Below are positions 12,701-24,700 of a DNA stretch of 64,000 nt, in pieces. The position numbers and the translations under genes are program-made. The stretch spans positions 20,306,966 to 20,370,965 of the forward strand of contig CM119265.1 of assembly GCA_051294375.1 (NCBI GenBank), in the 5' to 3' direction. The stretch is from Paraspadella gotoi (Eukaryota > Animalia > Chaetognatha). Within the stretch, counting starts at the first letter, position 1, and each line of letters begins with the position of its first letter. Under the pieces are notes generated by a model, which did not search any database, had not been told where the DNA came from, and saw only the letters and a list, made by a program, of their open reading frames with translations.

Positions 12701-15700
12701 AAGTAAAAAAAAGGTACCATTTTATAGCAATCTTCTACTACAATTTTAGGTGTGGCTAAGGATGAAGGATCTAAAAAAGAAACTACTAAAAAAATAGAAG
12801 CTTTAAACGTCGATAACATGGGAAATATATTAGGATCACAAGAAGTTTTGACACCATTAAGTCAAGGTAAGAAAATATATTTCTTTGATACTATATTTTT
12901 AATTTTAGTTATATTACAATATATTTTTTTGACCAAACTACACTAGTTTTTTATTTAATATTTTAATAAATATTTTCGACCCTCTTTTCCAAAAGCGTCA
13001 ATTTTCGGTTCCATATTCCCTTAACTTAATTTTAATCTTAAGATATAACCTTATTATCCTAAAAAAAATTAGTAAATCTCTTACCTTAAATCCTAACCCT
13101 AATTCCAACTAATCGACACATCCCTAAACCTAATTCTTAACTTTAACCCTAATCCATAACCTAATTCCCTATCCCAACCCTCTAACCTAAACTTTAAACA
13201 TAAAAATTAACTTAATTCCAAATTTAAGATGAAATCGGGTGCTTTTGTAAAACTTTATGGCTCAGCCAAGCTTGGGAGTCTCTCGTATTTTAGGCGGTTA
13301 ACGGACATCCTCATTAGGGAGTAGTGAAAGTAACATACAAAAATTCTAAATTTTAATTATGAACAACATACCATCAGTGATTATTAATTTGTAAAAAAAA
13401 AAAATTTTATGTTCTTCAATTTTCGTAGTAGGCTATATTTATATATAGTACTATCCTTATAAAATCGAAAAATTTCAAAATAGGCTTTTCTTAATTTTGA
13501 TTGCAATTTGAATTCCTCGTCAAAAGTTGATAAATGAAAATATAAATCATTTTTAAAAATTATTTCATAAAGTGGGTTAAATATTAAAAAAACTATATTT
13601 AATACATAAAATTTTAATTTTAAGTTTAAAATATAGATTATTTTTATATTTGATCAACTTAATGAAAAAAATTTTCAAAAAGAGTTATATTCTTTATATC
13701 AACTTTTCATGACTCCAAATCTGCAAGTTAAATTTAGAATTTTTACTATGCATTAATCCTCATAGGGCAGGTACCCTATTGGGATTGAACCCCGTCACAA
13801 CTTATGGCCATGTGAAAAAAATTGAACAGATTTTCAAAGAGTAGGGGCAAACTTATAAAGCATAATATAATATCTCTTATAGTATATTTGGCACATTTAA
13901 GGCAAATTACAACAGAAAGACGTCGAGACAGCAAACACAAAACAAATTAAAGGCCCAAATTTTGATGGTTCAGAAACCCCTTTAACATCCCAGGAAGTTT
14001 CAAAACAACCTAGCCAAAGTAAGCAAAATATTTAATAAATAACTTCTTTATCTCAATATTTTAATACTAAAAAACATTGTTTCAAAATTAAAAAAAATCA
14101 AAATTCATATAATATTATTAGGTGGTACAAGATCTCAAAAAGAAACAACTAAAAATATTGAAGCTTTAAAGGCGGATCACGTGAACAAGACATCTGGATC
14201 ACAAGACGTTTTGAAAACATATAGTCAAGGTAAAAGTTATTTTTTTCTGTAAATAAAAATAACATCATCAGTGAGAAATAAAGGTACAAATAAGGGATAC
14301 AAGTTTTTAGCCGGATCTGCTTACAGCAGATTCCGCTCTATAACTAACTTTGTCGGTCCATCGGTCCACCCCCTCAACCTTGTCGGTAAATCACTTAAAT
14401 CATGTCAGAATATGAAATTATGATAAAAACAATGTCTATTGATAAATTATGCAAAAAAATTTATGTCCGTCCGTCCATCCCCCCTTAGCAAAAAACTCCA
14501 ATTCTCGTGAATGGACGAATGGATTGGAATAAGATTTTGTGCGTGGGTAGGAAAGTGTCATTTAGCTGGATAAAAAGTTTTGATGGAATCGTACATGTGG
14601 AAATGCGTTCAAATGGAAAAAACATAAGTCACATTTACTGGAATCTTTTTACTCAAAATTATTCTAATTAATAATAATAATAATTATTATTATTATTAAA
14701 TAATTATCTAAACAAGGAACGGTTATTCCAAGGTGTTGCGCCGCATTACTTTTATTTATACTTATCTTTTTTTTAAAAACAAAAGGCGGCGCCAGAAGTT
14801 GCTTAGATTTGATTTTTAACAAATGAGCAACAAACTATAGGCAAGTTATAAGCATTTTAACGACAGACATACCGATCGACCAAAAAGTGACTTATAAAGT
14901 TGCTCCGCGAGTACTCGCGTCGCAACTAATAAATTAATTAATTACCGCTAATGATCGTGGGCAGATCCGGCATTGTTTGCTCAAACTTGTTTTTAATTAT
15001 CAGCCTTATTACTAATAACATGGAATTTAAAATAAATTTTATTAAATAAAAATAATTAAAAATATTTCCAAAAAAGTAATTCTATATATTATATTATATA
15101 TATATATTATATTATATATATATATATATTATATTACCCACTTTAATTTAGGCTTGACAATGGAAGAAACAATAAGTAAAACAGTAATTCAAGACGAACA
15201 AAGAATGGATAAAGTTGATAAACCTTTGTCACAACTGGCAAAAGATAAGCTGAAAGATTCTTTTGATGACCAGTCAGATTTATTGGAACCAATAAATGGA
15301 GATAAAATAAAAGAATATGACAGTAAAGGGAGACCTAAAGAAAGCGAAAAATATTCCAGTAAAGAAAAGACAAGCAAAGAACTTTACGCGGAGGATACAA
15401 TTAGTCAGAAATTGAAAGATGAAACAAACATTATCGAAACTAAAGAATATCCTAAACATTTATCTTCTACTGCTTTAAAAGGTAGACAATCTGCAGAACA
15501 AGTTAACCACCCAGAATATTTATTGGATTATGAAAATCAAATAACTGAGCCATCATTATTACTAACGAAATCTTCAAAAAGCGCAAAAAGCATTGAACAG
15601 CTTCAATCAAGCGAGTTATTTGAAACACAAGAAATTTTTGGCAAAGTTGGAGAAACTGAAAAATTACGTAATAAAGCAATTTGTCCGAAAAGAAAGAAAG

Positions 15701-18700
15701 GTAGACATTTTTAAATACTATAAAAAGCTTTAGTTTTAAAAAAATTGGTGAATGGATTAATAGATACAAGTTTTAATAAGTAATAATTAACGTTTTTATC
15801 TTTTATTCTGCTACTTCTTTTCAAATATGATAATTGTTTTTGTTTTAGGCTATCTAGAAGATTCAACAATCTTAACGAGTAATGTTTTAGTCCCAGAAAA
15901 TCAAGAAGTAGATGAAACGAAATCAGTTTCAGATGAATTCAAACAATGTTCAAAATTTTGCAAAAAAAAGTGTGCTAAAGAAAAACAAGAAAATGAAACT
16001 TTGCTGGAACAAAGATCAGAAATGGAGATAAATTTCATACAATTCGACAGTGGGCAGCCAAATATAACCAAAGACAACATTTCAGAATATGAACGAAATT
16101 TATTGGAAACTGGAAGCCTGCTCAATGATAATACAGAGTTTATTCAAACGAAACCAAATAAAGCTAGATGCGGAAAATGCCCAAAGAAGAAAATAGGTAA
16201 TTTTGTTTTCAGTACAAATTTTTTTAAAAACAAATTTACGAAATATCAAAATTAAAATTATATATCATATAGTAAAAATCTTAAATTTAGGTTGAACTTT
16301 TTCTATAGTAAGATTTTTTCAAATGCAATGAAAGAATTGAGCTTTTGTTTGAAAAATAATTTTTGAAAGACAAATGAATGGTACCAGAGATCGTTAAAAT
16401 TTTGTTAGACACAAACTCTCGTTGGACTTTTGTCACTCTTGATTTCTTTTTGTAAAATGGTGCAGTGAATGTTGTACATCAAATTTTGAGATTTTGCATT
16501 GTGACACATTTATACATACCACTTATTTTACAAAATGTCAAATTTTTTTAATTTTTAAACCAAAAATAAATTCTTCATAAAAGCTGTAAAAAGAAAATAT
16601 AAGTTTTTTAAAAATTGTTTTTAAAAATTAGCTAAAATTAAAAAACTTTAAAAATTTAAATGATAGGTTAATTTTAGTAATTTTTAAAAATTTTTGATCT
16701 ATATACTTGAAAGGTTTTTTTAAAAAATGTTATTTTACTCTCTATCAACTTTTTGACAGGAATTTAAATTTGCTTCCAAAATTAGTAAACAACGATTTTT
16801 AAATTCTGATGTTTCAGATTTATCTTTTATTCTGCTACTTCTTTTCAAATATGATAGTATAATTATTAGTATATTTAAAATTGATTTTGTTTTAGGCTCT
16901 CTAGAAGATTCAACAATATTAACGAGTAATGTATTAGTCCCAGAAAATCAAGAAATTGATATACCTACAGGAAAAACAAAGCAAAATTTAAAACCCAGTC
17001 GTTCAAAAGAAACATTTCAAAACTTTTGTGAAACTATTCATGTAGATGAAACGAAATCAGGTTCAGATGAATTCAAACAATGTTCAGAATTTTGCAAAAA
17101 AAAGTGTGCTAAGGAAAAACAAGAAAATGAAACTTTGCTGGAACAAAGATCAGAAATGGAGATAGATTTTATAGAATTCGACAGTGGGCAACCAAATATT
17201 TCCAAAGAGAACATTTCAGATTATGAACAAAATTTGTTGGGAACTGGAATACTGCTCAATGATAATATAGAGTTCATTCAAACTAAGCAAAATAAAGCTG
17301 CATGTGGCAAATGCTCAAAGAAGAATAAAGGTAATTTTGTTTAAAGTACAATTTAAAAAAAAAATTAACTAGGAAGTATTAAAATTATAAATTATATATT
17401 ATATAGTAAAAATTTATACTTAGGTTTAGCCTTTTTTTAGATTTTTTCGAATGCTCTGAAAGAATTAAGCTTCATTTGAAAAATATTTCTTGAAAGAAAA
17501 ATGAATGGTACCAATAGATACCATTTAAAAGATTGTTAAAAATCTATTAACTGTGTAAAATGGCGCAGTAAAAGTTGCATATCAAAATTCGGATAGTAAA
17601 TCAGGACAAGTCTTGAATGAGTCAACTTTAAAAAAAATTGTCTTTAATTTCTCATATTTTGCAATATTTATACATACATAATACTTATTATAGAAAATAT
17701 CAAAATTTTAAAATGATTCTTTTTTAAATTAAAAAAAATGAATTCTTCATAAAAATTGGATAAATGAAAATAGAAGTTTCTTAAATTTTCCAAAAAAAGT
17801 CAGCTAAAATTAAAAAAAAAACTATGTTGTTCACACTTAAGAAAAACGAAATATTAATTAGCTGTTACAACGATTTTATTTAACAATAATCCCGTACATG
17901 TATCGAGTCTTCATCAGCGTTTACAAAAACTAAAAGACTTTTGAAGATGGGGGGGGGGTTCTTTCTCTTTCTTTCTCTTGAACTTTTGTCCTTGACTTTG
18001 ACCTCATGATTCTTTTCCTCTTTTCACTCTTATTCTCTCCCTTTCTCTTTCTTTTAACCAAAATATTTGTTACTTTTTTGTGACTGTCTTTCTCGCATTT
18101 ACTTCGCAAATGAACTATGGTTAAGCGATGTTAACCGAAATATATTGCTCAAATAAAAATAATATGCGTTTTCCTCATAAAACTATGTTAATCACCAATA
18201 TTATGAGAGAGAGTTTCCAACAAAGAATTGAGAAAGGGATAGTGGTCAGATATGAGGACAGGTGAAGGTAAGAACAGGGAAGGAGAGATAAGTTGATTTG
18301 AAATTGGTGAAAAATGGAAAGAGAGATAGGGAGAGAGAGAGGGAGAGAGAGAGAGAGAGAGAAAAAAATACATTTGGCAATGTACAACAAAGATAAAAAT
18401 AATTTAGTAGGCTTAATATTAGCTAATAATCATGAAATAAATAAGTTAAATTTACTAGTGAGATATAAGTGAAATTGAAAATAAATGGTGAAGAATAGAT
18501 AAGAAAAGAGATAGTGAAAAACAAGTAAAGAAAAGAGCACAAAATGAGCTGCCCCCTCGGCCGAACAAAAGCGGGACATTACCAATATGGATTGATCATT
18601 GGCCTATCTTAGGCTGAGAGGATATTTTTGTGGAGTGAGATAGGTTGGAATCGGGTAAAGATTCACCTGGGGAAATGCCAAGTACCACTCGAATATCTCT

Positions 18701-21700
18701 CTGGCCTGATAAGCCTGCCAAAGACCCTCCTCTCACCTGCCGGTGAGGCGATGGATGCCTGTTCTGGCCTGCTTTGATGCAGGTGATACAGATTCCTCCC
18801 CCTCCTCCTGCAGCCGTCATTTTGGGTTACGCTTGAGAAGAATTGTGAGAAGAGTTGCACCAAGTTGCTGCATTGGGTGTTCTACCACCAACTTGATTAG
18901 CGAATCATAGCTTGGAGCGAGCACGAATCGTCCTCCAGCATTCAAAAGAGGCTCAAGAGCTTATTGTAATAGCCTCTCTAATACCTCTTGAGAACCAGTT
19001 TGGTGATGTGACAGCATGAGACATGAGGCAGCAAGACTTAAAAGCTGTCTCACTGCTGTCCGTCCTCAGCCTCTTCTCAATGGCTGAGCAGGCAAAATCA
19101 TCTCCTACAACCATGCGTCCCGGGTTCAATCACTGGGTATCCCGTTCTGGCTTAAATTTGACGGAGCCGGGCTAAAACATGCCGAGACCAGAGAGGTAGT
19201 CATGAGATCCGCCGCCCCCGACGCCAGTTGGTGAGATACCCCGTGCCCTTGGTATCACAGGCATGGAGATCGGGGGTCGACAGAATATGTAGAGCTCTTC
19301 TGGTAAGGGACCTGACCATGGCGAGCTTGTGCAACAAGGGAGCATGCGAATCGAAGGAAATGTATTGGTCAGTGTGGGTTGATTTGTGATAGACAGAAAA
19401 CTCCAATGAGCTGCCCTCACTGCGCTTTATAAGCACATCAAGCATTGAAATTTTACCATTCATCTCCTTTTTGCATCTCCTTATCTACCCCGTGTCCGTT
19501 CGCGAGTGACACCAAAAAAATCTTTACCTTAAATATTTAGTATATATAATTCATAAGTATATCATTAGTTAGAGAACTACTGAACGTTTTTTATATATAA
19601 GTTACATTTTTTGTTTAATTCATTTACTATTCTATATTTAATCTTTTATCTCACACAGTAAAATTGGCGAAAAAAGACCATTTAAGGCGTATTTGCCATT
19701 GCCTTTAAAAAAGTTTTTACATTATAAGAAATCCCTATTAATGATCTAATCAATAGCGTATCTGAATTATAGTAATATTAATAAATTTTTGAGTAATGAT
19801 TTTTTATTTATTCTTTTATTTGTAAATCTTAAGTTTTCTTTGTGCAATTGTTGACTGTCTTGAATAATTATTTTATATCATAAGGATTCCCAGTTAATGC
19901 TTCATTTAATTGTATAAATAAATTTCAATAATTTGAAGTAATTAATGAGTAATTAATTTATAATATATTTTTTTGTAAAGTTTTTTAGTTTTTTCGGTTT
20001 TTATTGAAGATGAAATTGAATTACCATTAAAGAAAGATTATTTTACATAAGTAAATATAAAATCTTAAAATATAAAATATAAAATTTTATGAAATTAAAA
20101 TATAATAAACCTCCACTACTTTGCTATTGAAGAGACAGTAATTATTGATAAGTGTTGATGACAGAACTGTTCAATATAAGCAGTCCCTGAGCTTTGGATC
20201 AGGCTGTAACACCATGTTACAGGCAGAGGTTAAGCGCCCCATCCCTCTTAACTGCTAGGCGGCCACCGGGCTAGAACCCCGACCTTTGGGTTGGGAGGCG
20301 AATGACTTGCCTCCGGCACCAATGGCCGCTGATGAACGGTTGGTGGATTTTAGTCCACCATACATCCCCCTCCCATAGGGAGAAGTCTGTTGGTCTCTTC
20401 AGTGAATTGTTGTTGTTGGTGGAAAGTGCATCACCAAGTTGAGGCATGTCGCCTGATGTGTTGTGGGCGGAAAGTCATCGCCAGGTTGAGGCATGTCGCC
20501 TGAAAGTGTTGTTGTTGCTGTTGTGTTCGGAAGTCGGGCTCACCAATGAAGAGACAGTAATTATTGATATGTGTTAATGACAGAACCGTTAATATAAGCA
20601 GTCCCTGAGCTTCGGATCAGGCTGTAACACCATGTTACAGGCGAGTTAAGCGCCCCGTCCCTCTTAACTGCCAGACGACCACCGGGCTAGAACCCCGGAC
20701 CTTTGGGTTGGGAGGCGAATGACTTGCCTCCGGCACCAATGGCCGCTGATGAACGGTTGGTGGATTTTAGTCCACCATACTATAGAATGAGAAAAGAAAA
20801 TTTAAAAAATATTCATCCACACCACTTATTTTCAATTTCACTTATATCTCACTAGTTAATTTAACTCATTTATGAAATTGGTACAACCAATATAAAAATT
20901 ATCCAATCTTTTAATAAATAAGCTATCTTGCCCCTGACTTGGAACAGGCTTTGGTGGTTTAAGGCCTCCATCACTCTTACAAGATAATGACATAGCAGGT
21001 CCCTGTAAGCTTTCAATCAAGACTCTCACACAATTTCGTTTATTCACTACCAGAGTACCTGGCTTTCTTATCAATGAAGTGGTATAATGTTTCAATTGTA
21101 TGAAAAGACCACTCCCCTTAATTTTTAGATCGGGGAATTAGCTAATGTTAAGTCTACTAAATTATTTTTATCTTTGTTGTACATTGCCAAATGAATTTTT
21201 AAAAAAAATAATTAATTTAATTTTAATTTAATTAATTTCTTAATTAAATTTTTCTCTCTCTCTTACCTTCACCTGTCCTCATATCTGACCACTATCCCTT
21301 TCTCAATTCGTTGTTGGAAACTCTTTCTCTCTTTCACTAACTCAATATTTGTGAACTAAGACTTCGCTTTTCAAAAACGCTGATGAAGACTCAAAAACAA
21401 GAGTCGAAACATGAATGAAATTATTGTTAAATAAAATCGTTGTAACAGCTAATAAAAATTATGTTTTTCTTTAAATCATTAATACAACGAAAAGAGAGAC
21501 ATACACATTGCTCTTTATACTAAATATTAATGATAGGTTAATTTTATTATTTTTTTAAAATTTTCATCTATTTACTTGTAATATTTTTGAACGATTTTTG
21601 AATTTTGATGTTTCAGGAGGCAAGTTCATGTATAAATAAAGGTCAATGAAAAAATTAGGAAATAAAAAAAATATTTTATTCATATAAAAATGTTCATAAG

Positions 21701-24700
21701 TACAAGATTTTTTATGATCAAATATTCAACTTTATATTGTTTGATTTTAAAACTTTNNNNNNNNNNTTCGATCAGAGAATTTACATATTTAAGGTATCAG
21801 ATTTGCCAATGTTTGAAGATATTTTGAGATCAGCTAATTTTTTAGCTTGTGCTACATTTAATACAATTGAAAAAATAACAAGTTTGAACAAACAATGTCG
21901 GATCTGCCTGTGACAAGAAAATTCATAAATAAATAGAGAGAGAGAAATATAACTAAAAACGTTATAAATTATAACAGATTTCTAAATAAATCAATTTATC
22001 AAATAATTATTTAACCAAATTATCAATTAATCAATCAGAGAGAAATAAAAAGAGAAATTTTTAAAAATTCAAATCAATGTGTCTTTTGGTTTTCTAATTT
22101 AAACTCTTTTTCACTCCTACGATTCCATCAAAAATATATTTACAGCTTGATTCTACACTTTCCTACCCGCACACCAAATTTTTTTTTAATTTATCAATCC
22201 AATTTTTAATAAATATATAATTATGAGTAAATATAGGTAAAAAACTTTACAAGAGACTTTTGTTTTTTCCATTTAAACTAATTTCCACTCGCACGATTCC
22301 ATCGAAACTTTATATCCAGCTCAATCACACACTTTCCTACGAACACAAGATTTCATTCCAATCCATCCATCCAATCACGAGTTATTGGAGTTTAATGCTA
22401 AGGGGGGATGGACGCACTGACGGACGGCTATCATTTTTTTTGCATAATTTATCATAATTATAGGTTCTTATATAATAATGATTTACCCACAAAATTTTGG
22501 GGTAGAACTGATGGACCGACAAAGTGAATTATAGAGTTGGAATCTGCTGATAATCAGATCCGACTAAAAATAGGCAGAACTGAAAACAAAGGAAAAGCTG
22601 AAGAGAATGGGAAATTTAAAAATGTTAACAACCTTAGTTTCATATCTGTTATATAATTAAAGGTTTTTTATCTTTTATTCTGCTACTTCTATTTAAATAT
22701 GATAGTAAAATTAATAGTAACATTTAAAATTGTTTTTGTTTTAGGCTATCAAGAAGATTCAACAATCTTAACAAGTAATGTATTAGTCCCAGAAAATCAA
22801 GAAATTGATATACCTACAGGAAAAACAGACCAAAATTTAAAACCCAATCGTTCAAAAGAAACATTTCAAAACTTTTGTGAAACTATTCATGTAGATGAAA
22901 CAAAATCAGGTTCAGATGAATTCAAACAATGTTCAAAAATTTGCAAAAAAAAGTGTGCTAAGGAAAAACAAGAAAATGAAACCTTGCTGGAACAAAGATC
23001 AGAAATGGAGATAGATTTTATAAAATTCGACAGTGGGCAACCAAATATTTCCAAAGAGAACATTTCAGAATATGAACGAAATTTGTTGGAAACTGGAATA
23101 CTGCTCAATGATAATACAGAGTTTATTCAAACAAAACCAAATATAGCTCTCTGTAGAAAGTGCTCAAAGAAGAAAAAAGGTAATTTCGTTTTAAGTAGGG
23201 ACCAACTCCGGAGATAATATAAAATTTCGACTATTAGCAAAGTTTTTTAGTTGTCTTGACTAAATATTTAATCAATCATTTTCCAAAAAAATTTACATTA
23301 TATGTCTTGATCAATACATTAAATATTACTTGTCTTTTTTCGCATTATAAAAAATTTGATATGAATTATACTAGAAAAGTAGACAAATTTTTATGAGCTA
23401 TCTGAATCTAGTCTTAAAATTTAAAAATAAAATTTGGCCTTTCCTATCTATAAATAAATATTAAAAAATTAATTATTTGGGTATAAAGCCATATAAGAAA
23501 AGTTTTGTTCATTAAAAATATACTTAAAAATGTATAAATTTTCGTTTGAGCAAGTAATCATTCTAAATTTTTGACTCACCCCATTGAGTGGGGCTACCCC
23601 TATTTTAACTACAATTAAAAAAAAACAAACTAGGAAGTATTAAAATTATAAATTGTATATTATAGTAAAAATTTTATACTTAAGTTAAGCTTTTTAAAGA
23701 TTTTTTTTAATGCTCTGAAATAGGGGTAGCCGCACTCAATGGGGTGAGTCAAAAATTTAGAGTGAGTACATGCTCAAACGAATATTTAGACATTTTTAAG
23801 AATACTTTCAATGGACAAAAAATTTCTAATATGGCTCTATACCCTAGTAATTAATTTTTTAATATTTATTTATAGATAGGAAAGGCCCAAAAATTTTTTT
23901 AGAATTTTTAAATTTTAAGAACAGATTCAGAAAGCTCATAAAAAGTTGTCTACACAAAAGTATAATTCTTTTTTAAATATTTTTACGATAAGTGTGTCAA
24001 AAATAAGAAAAACCATAAAAAATCATCATCATCATCATGTTTTGATAAATTTATAAGTTTTTTTATATTTTCACTTAGAAAACGTAGGAATTTTTAAAAG
24101 CTGTAATTATATTTCTTGTTTAACTTTTTATGCTCTATCATAATCCATCAAAAAATTTAAAATTTAAAAAAATATTTTTTGCTCTATATAGTAATATAAT
24201 ATTTTTAATTAGGCTAGTACCCTCAGAAGAAAGCACTTTTGACAAAAAATATTTTAATACCATAATCTATGGTCATGATAGATTATTTTAACGCTGTATA
24301 CATTAGCATTTAAATTTCATCGGCTATGGCTATCTGAAAGAATTAAGCTTCGTTTTATAAAGATTTACTGCTTTATCTGATGTTACACAGTAAATTAATT
24401 TTTGAAAAAAAAATTATCGATATATTATTGGCCGGGACATTAGGGGACTCATTTTCAAGGTTTAAAACATAGTGATTAAGGTTAAGCAAAGGCTTCAGCA
24501 TAATATGTTACCTTAATGTTTTTCTCGGAAATTTATGTTCTTGATACTGTGGTACAAACAAATGTATACTCTAAAAATAGTACTAGATTATTGTAATTTA
24601 AAATATTACTTTTTTGTATAACAGTTAGAATTATGTTTGTACATTTTCTATTTCAAAGATCAAGTCTCATCTTTCAATATCTTTTATACAGTAATTTTTT

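Larger units (their letters stand above)
17835..21500 (-). mobile_element. Degenerate Penelope-like retroelement with inverted 3' ends and nested insertions
   Basis: 19470-19265 encodes an RT C-terminal segment (EMNGKISMLDVLIKR...SVYHKSTHTDQYISFDSHAP...K.AMVRSLTRRA). ~19010-18890 encodes a GIY-YIG C-terminal motif (WFSRGIREAI...LNAGGRFVLAPSYDSLI, frameshifted). 17850-18540 is reverse-complementary to parts of 20785-21470. Confidence 0.8.

Noticed and set aside
20259-20329. Functional tRNA-Gly gene
   Set aside because: The anticodon stem does not pair and the unit is an integral part of an LTR.
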